A stretch of 50,389 nt of DNA. Source: Candidatus Paenibacillus intestinavium. GTDB taxonomy: Bacteria > Bacillota > Bacilli > Paenibacillales > Paenibacillaceae. The DNA lies in assembly GCA_019113605.1 (NCBI GenBank), contig DXHF01000327.1:1-50389 (forward strand), in the 5' to 3' direction. The position numbers and the translations under genes are program-made. Position 1 is the stretch's first letter; each line of letters opens with the position of its first letter. Below, one piece after another: positions 28,982-38,500 of this stretch. The notes beneath the pieces were generated by a model, which saw only the letters and a list, made by a program, of their open reading frames with translations, searched no databases and had not been told where the DNA came from.

Positions 28982-30199
28982 ATGTCAACATATCATCCTT
29001 TAACAGAGCATGAAGCCATTGAAATTGCTCGCAGTATTGAACAATTTTTCCCTGCGGATGCTGCTTTGAATTGTAAAGAAATTGGCGATGGAAACTTAAA
29101 CCTCGTTTTTCATATTACAGATGACGTAAGTGGCAAGGGCTTAATTATGAAACAAGCACTTCCATATGCTAAAGTCGTTGGCGAATCTTGGCCGCTGTCA
29201 CTTGACCGTGCCCGTATCGAAAGTGAAAAATTAATCCTTGAAGGGAAGCTTGCTACTGGATTAGTACCTCAAGTATATCAATACGATGCAGAGCTATCGC
29301 TTACCATTATGGAGGATTTGAGTGATCATGTTATTATGCGTCAAGGATTAATTGACGGTAATCAATATCCATTGTTCGCAGATCATATTTCAACATTTAT
29401 GGCTAATACTCTTTTCCTTACATCAGATCTTGGTATGAATCAGCAGGACAAAAAGCTTCAAGTAAAAAACTTTATTAATCCTGATCTATGCAAAATTACG
29501 GAAGATTTAATTTTTGATGATCCGTACACAGTATCCTCTAACAATAACTACGAGGATGCTATTGAAGACGCGGCAGCAGCATTACGCAGCAATGATCAGC
29601 TTCATCTTGAAGTTGCTATTCTAAGGGAGAAATTCCTTACGAAGGCAGAAGCATTACTTCACGGTGATCTTCATACCGGTAGTATCTTCATTAAGCAAGA
29701 TTCTACTAAAGTTATCGACCCTGAATTCGCATATTATGGTCCAATGGGCTTTGATATCGGTGCACTGTTCGCTAACTTAATATTGAATTATGCTGGACAA
29801 GAACATTGGATTGCTGATGAAAATAAACGTGATGCTTTCCGCAAAAATTTACTTGATACGCTTGTTTCCATTTGGAATCAATTCCAAGATAAATTTTTAA
29901 CACTTTGGAATGAGCATGGTGTTGACCGTATCGCTAATGAAGCTAATGGATACAAGGCATACTATATGCAACATTTACTTCAAGATACTGTAGGCTTTGC
30001 CGGTGCGAAAATAGTACGTCGCATTGTTGGACTTGCTCATGTCGCTGACATTGATCGTATTCCAGAAGATGCTACGCGTAACATTGCACAACGTAAAGCT
30101 TTAGCAATTGGTACAGAATTGATTTTGCGTAATCGCCAGATACAATCAATTGATGAGCTCGTTCAAATCGTTAATAGAGGTAGTTCAAAAAGCAACTAG
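28982..30199 (+). CDS. mtnK: S-methyl-5-thioribose kinase
   Basis: EIGDGNLNLVF, KQALPYAKVVGESWPL, LLHGDLHTGS, IDPEF. Confidence 0.97.
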   Translation: MSTYHPLTEHEAIEIARSIEQFFPADAALNCKEIGDGNLNLVFHITDDVSGKGLIMKQALPYAKVVGESWPLSLDRARIESEKLILEGKLATGLVPQVYQYDAELSLTIMEDLSDHVIMRQGLIDGNQYPLFADHISTFMANTLFLTSDLGMNQQDKKLQVKNFINPDLCKITEDLIFDDPYTVSSNNNYEDAIEDAAAALRSNDQLHLEVAILREKFLTKAEALLHGDLHTGSIFIKQDSTKVIDPEFAYYGPMGFDIGALFANLILNYAGQEHWIADENKRDAFRKNLLDTLVSIWNQFQDKFLTLWNEHGVDRIANEANGYKAYYMQHLLQDTVGFAGAKIVRRIVGLAHVADIDRIPEDATRNIAQRKALAIGTELILRNRQIQSIDELVQIVNRGSSKSN

Positions 30200-30238
30200 A
30201 GATATAGAACAGAACATAAGTAGAGAGGAATTATAATA

Positions 30239-31294
30239 ATGACTGAAAAATATGTTGGACTACAATCTGTAATTTGGAAAGATGGAGCGATTGATCTACT
30301 TGATCAACGTCTACTTCCTGAAGAAATTGTTTACTTATTACTAACGACACAAGAGAGTGTTTGGGAATCCATTCAATCTATGCAAGTTCGTGGTGCTCCG
30401 GCGATCGGTATCGCTGCAGCATATGGCGTTGTAATTGCAAGTCAGCATGCCGATACTTCCGAACAGTGGATTACAGCAGTACACGAATCAGCAAAATATT
30501 TGGCAACTTCACGCCCAACTGCGGTTAATTTATTTTGGGCATTAGACCGTATGACAGCAGCAGCCGATCAATATATCGCACAAGGCTTCTCGCTTGCAGA
30601 TTGCAAAACTGCACTTGAAACAGAAGCAATTGCGATTCAAACGCAAGATGAAGAGACGAATCGTCAAATTGGTGAATATGCACTATCTCTATTCAAAGAA
30701 GATATGGGTGTACTTACACACTGTAATGCTGGTGGACTAGCTACTGCAAAATACGGTACAGCACTAGCTCCTTTCTACCTTGCCAAAGAGCGTGGCATGA
30801 ACCTTCGCGTATTCGCTGATGAAACTCGTCCAGTACTGCAAGGCGCTCGCTTAACAGCATTTGAATTGCATGAAGCTGGTATTGACGTAACACTTATTTG
30901 CGACAATATGGCTGGTATGGTGATGTCTAAAGGCTGGGTTGATGCTGTAATCGTAGGTACTGACCGCGTAGCCGCTAACGGAGACGTAGCTAACAAAATT
31001 GGTACGTATAGTGTAGCAGTTCTAGCTAAGGCACATGGCATTCCTTTCTATGTCGCTTGCCCACTTTCTACAATCGACTTAAACACACCTACTGGTAGTG
31101 AAATTCCGATTGAAGAACGTCCAGCTGAAGAGGTTACAGAAGGCTTCGGTAAGCGTACTGCGCCTAAAGGAGTCAAAGTATTCAATCCTGCATTCGATAT
31201 TACTCCTAATGAGTATGTAACGGGTATTATTACTGAAAAAGGTATTATAACTGCACCTTATGAAGAAAATCTTCGTAAACTATTCAGTAACTAA
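30239..31294 (+). CDS. mtnA: S-methyl-5-thioribose-1-phosphate isomerase
   Basis: [33 protein letters not shown]. Confidence 0.97.
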   Translation: MTEKYVGLQSVIWKDGAIDLLDQRLLPEEIVYLLLTTQESVWESIQSMQVRGAPAIGIAAAYGVVIASQHADTSEQWITAVHESAKYLATSRPTAVNLFWALDRMTAAADQYIAQGFSLADCKTALETEAIAIQTQDEETNRQIGEYALSLFKEDMGVLTHCNAGGLATAKYGTALAPFYLAKERGMNLRVFADETRPVLQGARLTAFELHEAGIDVTLICDNMAGMVMSKGWVDAVIVGTDRVAANGDVANKIGTYSVAVLAKAHGIPFYVACPLSTIDLNTPTGSEIPIEERPAEEVTEGFGKRTAPKGVKVFNPAFDITPNEYVTGIITEKGIITAPYEENLRKLFSN

Positions 31295-31311
31295 TATTAG
31301 GTTCCAATAGA

Positions 31312-31399
31312 AAAGGGGCTATCCAATAAGCCCATAAAATGAAAGTTGGACGGAAAACGTGATGTTTTCCGTCCAACTTTTTTTGTTCGTCTGTTTTTG
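31312..31399. repeat. ~88-bp repeat copy 1 with a 17-bp hairpin (IS-end-like; probable mtnA terminator)
   Basis: AAAGTTGGACGGAAAAC-N5-GTTTTCCGTCCAACTTT at 31342-31380; near-identical to 35355-35442. Confidence 0.85.
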
Positions 31400-31480
31400 C
31401 TGTACTACTTCACGCCTACACAAACATAAATGATCCAGAATAAATAAGGAAAGAAATGCTGAGTCTATATGCAAATTGAA

Positions 31481-31511
31481 AATGACCTTGAGGAATATTC
31501 ACAAGGTCATT
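31481..31511 (-). terminator. Intrinsic terminator
   Basis: AATGACCTTG...CAAGGTCATT stem ending in a T run on the minus strand. Confidence 0.65.
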
Positions 31512-31567
31512 AACAGACTTTATATTAAGCTGCTTTGCCTAACTATAATAGAGCTACGCGTTTTGAA

Positions 31568-32734
31568 CTATTCAGGAAACTTAACTTCCACCTTAGCCAA
31601 ATAATGATGACCGAATGGGTTGTCAAATGTAATCGTGATCCGCTCTTTATATTCCTCAGGATCGCGAAGACTGACGAGCAATGGAACGCTCTTATAGCCT
31701 TTCGGCTTCCATACAGCAGTTACCTCATAGGTGCCAACTGGTATCTCCATTAGACGAACACCATCTTGATGGATTGGAAAATTTGTTATCGTGCGACCTG
31801 TGCTACCATCCACTAATTTACCAACAGGTTTTAAAGTAAGCTCCACATCTTCAATATCAAGCCATGGTGCATTTTCATCTTCTGGGAAGACACTATCCCA
31901 GCTATGCAGCTCAATCTCCCCTTTATTTATATCAAGTACGAAATCTCGCACCGCACCATCGCTTCCTATGAACGGATGATTCGGGACTGGCTCCATGTAG
32001 AAGTAAGTCGTTTTCCCACCATAATTCGTCTCTAGCTTCGCTCCCATTCGGTATGAAAAATTGAGTTCTGGTATTCTCAGACGATAATACCCTTTTTCAT
32101 CTGTAACTCCGAGAATATGGCTATCGTATAGAAATGTATTGTCAGCATACACCTCCACGTACGGAAGTGGCTCACCTTGCGCATTGACGATGCGTCCTTT
32201 AACTATATAAGATTCAACTTTACCAGTAGATGGAGATGGGGCAGGCGTTGTTTCTTTCACACCTGGATTTGCCAATTGCTCCGTACTGCCAATACCGACA
32301 ATATAGCTGCTACCGCCACTGGAAAAGTATACATGGTATCCACTATTTTCTGATAAAAATCGCAATGGAACAAGTGTTCTTCCTTGATGCAGCTGTGCGG
32401 GCACATCCAATTCAATCGTTTTTCCATTGACGACAGCTTTATTGCTATTAATCGTTAGCTCTATCGTTAAACCTGCTTTTTTACCGATAGCCTTTTGCGT
32501 TTTTCCACCAATCCATTCAACATCAAAGCCAAGTGTTTCAAATATTTTGCGGAATGGAACCATCGTACGGGAATCTATCATCATCGGATCAGTATCATCA
32601 AAGGTAAGCTGCTTGCCTTCAAAGTACACATGAATCTCCTTTGCAGCAGAAGAAGTATACTCTCCATTTAAACTAAATGCGGTTAAACCAATAATAAATG
32701 CGAATACAGTATATACTATCCGTTTCATCGGCAT
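31568..32734 (-). CDS. Secreted protein with a copper-amine-oxidase N-terminal (stalk) domain and a carboxypeptidase-regulatory-like domain
   Basis: Signal peptide; RTMVPFRKIFE.LG, GRTLVPLRFLSE; KGRIVNAQGEPL. Confidence 0.85.
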   Translation of the reverse strand: MPMKRIVYTVFAFIIGLTAFSLNGEYTSSAAKEIHVYFEGKQLTFDDTDPMMIDSRTMVPFRKIFETLGFDVEWIGGKTQKAIGKKAGLTIELTINSNKAVVNGKTIELDVPAQLHQGRTLVPLRFLSENSGYHVYFSSGGSSYIVGIGSTEQLANPGVKETTPAPSPSTGKVESYIVKGRIVNAQGEPLPYVEVYADNTFLYDSHILGVTDEKGYYRLRIPELNFSYRMGAKLETNYGGKTTYFYMEPVPNHPFIGSDGAVRDFVLDINKGEIELHSWDSVFPEDENAPWLDIEDVELTLKPVGKLVDGSTGRTITNFPIHQDGVRLMEIPVGTYEVTAVWKPKGYKSVPLLVSLRDPEEYKERITITFDNPFGHHYLAKVEVKFPE

Positions 32735-32779
32735 TAACAGTCCTTTCTAAATTATATACTAAAACATTGTTATAACACC

Positions 32780-33157
32780 TTATTTAAGCTGTTTTTCTGC
32801 CATATCACCTATAATCGGTAGCTTAAACCATTGACCTTGATAAGCCTTCACTAGCAGAACAATCCATAATACTAGGGAAGCTAGACTTATAATAGAGTCC
32901 AATAATACACCTAGTACGGGAATCAGATTCAATAAAATATTCAAAATAACAATAGCTACAGATAAAAATATCGATTGCAGCGCATGGAAGCGTACGAAAC
33001 GATTATTCTTTTCAAGCAGCAAAAATATAATCCCTGTAATAAAACCTAGCACATAACATAATAACCCAGCTATATTTTGATCCAATCCCGTTTCCGTTTT
33101 CCCTTTCGTTCCTGTCGGCCCCTCATGTCTTTCAAAACTCTCACCCTCTCCCATCAT
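32780..33157 (-). CDS. DUF4870 family membrane protein (start uncertain)
   Basis: TGLDQNIAGLLCY, FVRFHALQS, FKLPIIG. Confidence 0.85.
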   Translation of the reverse strand: MMGEGESFERHEGPTGTKGKTETGLDQNIAGLLCYVLGFITGIIFLLLEKNNRFVRFHALQSIFLSVAIVILNILLNLIPVLGVLLDSIISLASLVLWIVLLVKAYQGQWFKLPIIGDMAEKQLK

Positions 33158-33378
33158 AAATTATGTTCTCGCAACCGCTTTAATAAAAGACACCGAGCTT
33201 GTTGTTTGTCACATTCAACTTCACCCACTATAATTGCTGTTATCGTACGTTATTTCTACTCTCAAATAATATGCCAAAACGCTCTCAATTTTCACTCAAA
33301 GGTCGCGTTGACGAACACAATGATTATGATATAATCTTCAAAAAGAAAAGATTCGGTCATTAATTCCCCATTGTTGTA

Positions 33379-33838
33379 ATGAGCATTGAAAAATTAGGAG
33401 GTGTGAGACCTTTGAATATTGGCAGCCTTTTGTTTGACCAGCAGAAAGCATTGTTTGTTGGACGGGAAAAAGAAGTTGAAATCATCACACAGTCCACGCT
33501 GAATCCGAAGTGGAAGCTTCTTCATGTTCACGGACCTGCCACTTTGTCCGGACATTGTTAATACGCTGCAGCCATTATTACAACAATCCACATCAAATAT
33601 GGAAGTAGCAGCTATCGCTCAGCTCATTCAACATAATATAAGTCTTAGTTTACAAGTCTTTCGCGAAGGAAGTGTGGAGGAACGACGTTACTATCTCATT
33701 TTACAGCATGCCTATATTAAGAAGATGGGTACACATGAAGTTGTGTCAGAACATTTGAACATACCGATCAAAAGCTATTATCGATATCTAAAGTCTGCTG
33801 TACAGTCATTAGCCTATGAAATGATAAAGACTACTTAG
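33379..33838 (+). pseudogene. Internally deleted ATPase-HTH transcriptional regulator
   Basis: FVGREKE...LLHVHGP stops just before the rest of Walker A; a C-terminal HTH-like piece (THEVVSEHLNIPIKSYYRYLK) follows in another frame. Confidence 0.7.
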
Positions 33839-33900
33839 TGGAACCAAGCGCGGTAAATAATGAGGAGTGGCCAATTTAAAGAATAAGAAATGGAAGAATG

Positions 33901-33926
33901 TGCAACTAAAGTTTTCTTTTACCGTC
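33901..33926 (+). promoter_or_regulatory. ECF sigma-like promoter upstream of the serpin
   Basis: TGCAAC-N16-CGTC. Confidence 0.5.
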
Positions 33927-34022
33927 TGTAGATATTATAGTGACAATTGTTGTTGATCAGCCTGCGTTCCAAGTTCGTTGGTTTCTTATAAGACAATGTC
34001 ATGATATCAGAAGTAAAAGGGG

Positions 34023-35312
34023 ATGTTTTTCATGAAAAAATTAATAGTAATAGGATGTTTGGTCGTATTTGTGCTCATGTCAGCCTGTGGCAACCCAAAA
34101 TATAGACCAGATAAAGAACAGGACGACCATATTGAACATTCAAGCCAAGAGCTTAGTGAGATTTTAGAAATGTTAGATCAACAGCTCATTACCGCTAATC
34201 AACAATTTGCATTGAATATATACCAAGCACTTGGAAATCATGCGAGTGAAGAAAATGTGTTCATTTCGCCGCTTAGTATTAGTCTAGCTTTAGCGATGAC
34301 CTACAATGGAGCAGATGGCGAGACTAAGGAAAATATGGCTAACATTCTTCAACTTGATGGCATGACAGTGGAGGAAGTAAATAAGGGTTATGCTACTTTA
34401 GAAAAAATCATTAATGCCTCTGATCCAAATGTAGAGCTTTCAATCGCAAATTCTCTGTGGTCTCGGAAAGGTTTGGAATTCAACGAGGATTTTATGCAAA
34501 GAAATAAAAATTTTTATAATGCAGAAGCAAACATTTTGGATTTTAGTAATTCTAATGCAGCCAATACGATTAATAAATGGGTTGATCAAAATACGAAAGG
34601 GAAAATAAAGGAAATCATCAAGGGACCAATAAGTGAGGATACGATTCTTTTTCTAATAAATGCGATTTATTTTAAAGGAGATTGGACTCAGTCCTTCAAC
34701 GAAAAATTAACTTCAGATCAAGAATTTCATCTAAGCGATGGGACGACGATACAGCATCCATTGATGTCGCAATCAGGGAGTTATGATTATTTAGAAAACG
34801 AACTATTTCAGGCGATTCGCCTTCCTTATGGGAAAGAGGAACATTTGAGTATGCTTATCTTTTTACCTGCTGAAGACAGTGACTTAACTAAGTTTCACAG
34901 TATGCTTACAATGGATAATTGGAATAGCTGGATGGCTCAATTCAAAATGTCTAAAGGATCATTCCAAATGCCTCGCTTTAAGTTAGAATATGAAGCAACG
35001 TTAAATGATGCCTTGAAATCACTCGGCATGACCGCTCCATTCGAATCATCAAAAGCAGATTTTAATAATATGATTACAGGTCCGTTCAAAGTTTATATTG
35101 ATTCAGTCAAACATAAATCGTTTATTGAAGTGAACGAAATCGGTACAGAAGCTGCTGCAGTGACAAGCGTAGAAGCAGCAATAACATCAGCGAGAACGGA
35201 GCCCGATAACTTTTTCAACATGACCGTCAACCGCCCCTTCTTCTTTACAATCATGAATGAGCCAAGTGATACGATCCTGTTCATGGGTGCGATTGAGATA
35301 CCGAAACAGTAA
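34023..35312 (+). CDS. Serpin family lipoprotein
   Basis: Lipobox MSAC; NVFISPLSI, NAIYFKGDW, hinge EIGTEAAAVT, VNRPFFF. Confidence 0.95.
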   Translation: MFFMKKLIVIGCLVVFVLMSACGNPKYRPDKEQDDHIEHSSQELSEILEMLDQQLITANQQFALNIYQALGNHASEENVFISPLSISLALAMTYNGADGETKENMANILQLDGMTVEEVNKGYATLEKIINASDPNVELSIANSLWSRKGLEFNEDFMQRNKNFYNAEANILDFSNSNAANTINKWVDQNTKGKIKEIIKGPISEDTILFLINAIYFKGDWTQSFNEKLTSDQEFHLSDGTTIQHPLMSQSGSYDYLENELFQAIRLPYGKEEHLSMLIFLPAEDSDLTKFHSMLTMDNWNSWMAQFKMSKGSFQMPRFKLEYEATLNDALKSLGMTAPFESSKADFNNMITGPFKVYIDSVKHKSFIEVNEIGTEAAAVTSVEAAITSARTEPDNFFNMTVNRPFFFTIMNEPSDTILFMGAIEIPKQ

Positions 35313-35354
35313 TGATTAGCAGAGAACTAAGCGTGACTGAAATTTTGTAAAAAC

Positions 35355-35442
35355 AAAGGGGCTATCCAATCAACCCCTAAAATGAAAGTTGGACGGAAAA
35401 CGCGATGTTTTCCGTCCAACTTTTTTTGTTCATCTGTTTTTG
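35355..35442. repeat. ~88-bp repeat copy 2, in direct orientation to copy 1
   Basis: Same 17-bp hairpin at 35385-35423 and matching flanks. Confidence 0.85.
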
Positions 35443-35500
35443 TAGGAGAGTAGCGAGGCGGATGCTTTAAAGCGATCATCGCGTTCTTCATACGAAAGAA

Positions 35501-38500
35501 TTATTTCATTGCTTGTAATAGCTTCTGCATCAGCTTGGCAGCTTCAGCACGTGTTCCTAACCCTTTTGGATCAAATTGGGTGGCAGATTTGCCATTAATG
35601 AATCCTGAGCCATACACTGCATTAATCGATGCGACTGCCCACCCTGCGGCTTTATCCATATCCGCGAATGGAGCTTCTACACCCGTTAATAATTGACCTT
35701 GAGCATATTGATAAGCTCTAGCAATCATAACTGCCATTTCTTGACGCTCGATATTATCATTAGGTGCAAACATTGAGCTTGATTTTCCATTTACAATGCC
35801 CGCTTCAACTGCTGCTGAGATTGCAGTTGCATACCAGCTATTGTCCACTATATCATCGAAGGTAGTTGCGCCACTAGCTTCAAGACCAAGCATACGTGCA
35901 AGCATCGTTGTAAATTCTGCACGAGTTACTTCTTGCTGAGGTGCAAATTTGTCTAATGAAATTCCTTGAATAATTCCTTTTGCCACTAATTCTTTAATAT
36001 ATTCATTTGCCCAATAATCAGTCGCTACATCATCAAACTGTTTATCAAAGTTTACAATAATATATTGAGTATTCGCTTGTACTTCTGCTTGCAGTTTATT
36101 ATCTACAATTGTACTTGAAACGTACATTAATGTACCATCCGCTTGAACCTCATACAGCGCTACAGTTGCAGTTTGCTGCTCTATAGCTAGCGGAATAGCA
36201 AGAGTTACCTTATTAGATTGATCGCTCACTAGTTTGTTTGCGGCATCCATTACTTTAACTTCAAATACATTACTTATTGCCGTGACTTGTGCATTCGCTC
36301 TATTTCCAGCTACAGCTGCAAGTTGCTGCCCCTGTTCAGTCTCATTTACTACTTGTACTTGAATAGTAGAAGTTGATTGGCTCCAAGTTGAATATACGTC
36401 ACTTGGAATGCCTATTGTCCAAAGATCAGTGTTCACTTGAAGGCTTTTGCCATTAAGTAACGCCGCTGCACTCGCAGGTAATACTATCGCTGTTACTTTA
36501 TCCCTCGTAGTAATAACAATCTGTTCATTATCAGTTGAAGTTAATTGTTCAGCTGTAATTATTAATATACCTACTTCACCAGCTTCCGGAACTTCAATCG
36601 TGCCGGTGTCAGTACCTGTACCTGGATTCGGAGTAGGTTTTGGATCAGGTTTAGGTGCTGGTTTTTTATCACTGGATAACATAAACTCATCTAATACTTC
36701 CCCTGCAACGTTTTTCACAACGACTTGAATACCTTCAGCATCAGACAATACTTCTGTATAAATTTGTGTATTCTCCTCATATACAACATCTTGCCAATAA
36801 TAAGGAGTCAAGCCATAGAACTTAGGACCCGAAGAACCACCAATCAAATACATCGTTCCTTGTTCATTGTTGTCGACGATCTCGCCACCATTCATATTAT
36901 AAGTACGAAGATAAATATGATCATGCCCATTCATAACAAGATCAACACCGTATTGATCAAAAATCGGAACCCAATATTTTTGTACATCATTGTTCTGATA
37001 CGTACTTCCATAGGGTCCTTGATGGAAGAAGACAATTGTCGATGTTGCATCACTTTTCGCCAAATCTTTATCTAACCATGCTGCTTGTTCAATAATCCCT
37101 TCCGTTCCCATCTCTGTATTCAACACTACAAAGTGAGAATCGGCAATATCATAAGAGAATGAAGTGCCGTTTGTTAATGTAAGCTCGCTATCTGGATTAT
37201 TGAATTGGGCCAAATAATCGCCAGAGCCATTATCCCCATATACTTCGTGGTTTCCGATAATCGGAACTAAAGTTGTGCTCATTAGCTCGCTTTGTACAGC
37301 ATTGAACCACCAGTCCCATTGCTCAAGCTCGTAGCCGCTATCGACCATATCACCAGCATGAACGATCATATCTACATCTGCTAGCGGAGTACCCGTTACT
37401 GCTTTATCTACTACTGCACCCCAAAGATCGAACCCAGCGGCATTAGCAGCTTGTGAATCACCAAAGAATAAAAACTTAGCTGAATCCTGCTCCACTCCAG
37501 TTGTTTTGAATTGACCAGAGCTACTTACATGATCAGCTCCATCGCCTACACGATATACATATTCAGTACCTGGTTTTAGTCCAGTTAATTCTGCTTGGTG
37601 AATTCGTACTGTGCCATCATTAGCAGTTGTATATAAATAATTCGTACCTTCTACTTTTAATACATTATCTGCTGTAAAGTCTGTAAACTCTAATTGTTCC
37701 ACAAGCTCTACTACAGTAGATTTCGCATCTGCACTTGTTTTCCAAGATATATTGCGATCAGTTGTCGCTTCATTACCGAATGTCACATTGATATGCATTG
37801 GAGCAGCTGTTCCTGCAGATGGTGCTACGACGAATGACATCATTGGACTATAGTTATTATCCTTCATCGCTTGTATATTGTACGTACCTGACGCCGTAGT
37901 TACTTCATTAGATACAAGTTGACCATTAACATCTGAAGTGGCAGCAACAAGTGTGCCATTGAACAGCATCTGTACGCCCTCTATCGGCTCTTGACTCACT
38001 TTATCTACAATTGTAAATACCGCAGGCTCGCCTTTTGAAGTTGCATAATGATCCCAAGTTAGCTCATATTTACTTTGCACATCCAGATTAAATGTGTCAC
38101 CTTTATAATTAATATCCGATTTCGTTGCCGTTTCAACGATCCCATTAACCACTTTTAGCTGTATTGATTTTTTCGGATTAGCACGTAATTCTGCTAACGT
38201 ATAAGGACCCAAATAATCTGAATTGATGCGATAAGATATACTACCGATTGTATCTGTAGCCGAAAGCTTAGCAGCTGCAAGATCGCTTAATGTCAATGTC
38301 AGCAGTCCATTTATCTCATCAACAGTGAAATCTACCATACTACTTGCTAGTTTACTATTTGGAAGAAATTTAATATTGTCCATTGCGTTTGGCTTATAGC
38401 TAAACTCCAACTGACCAGCTGCTAGTTCATCTGCTTCCTTAGCATTAATATCCAATGAATACGTTTGACCTGTATATACAGCATCTTCTGTCGTATATTC

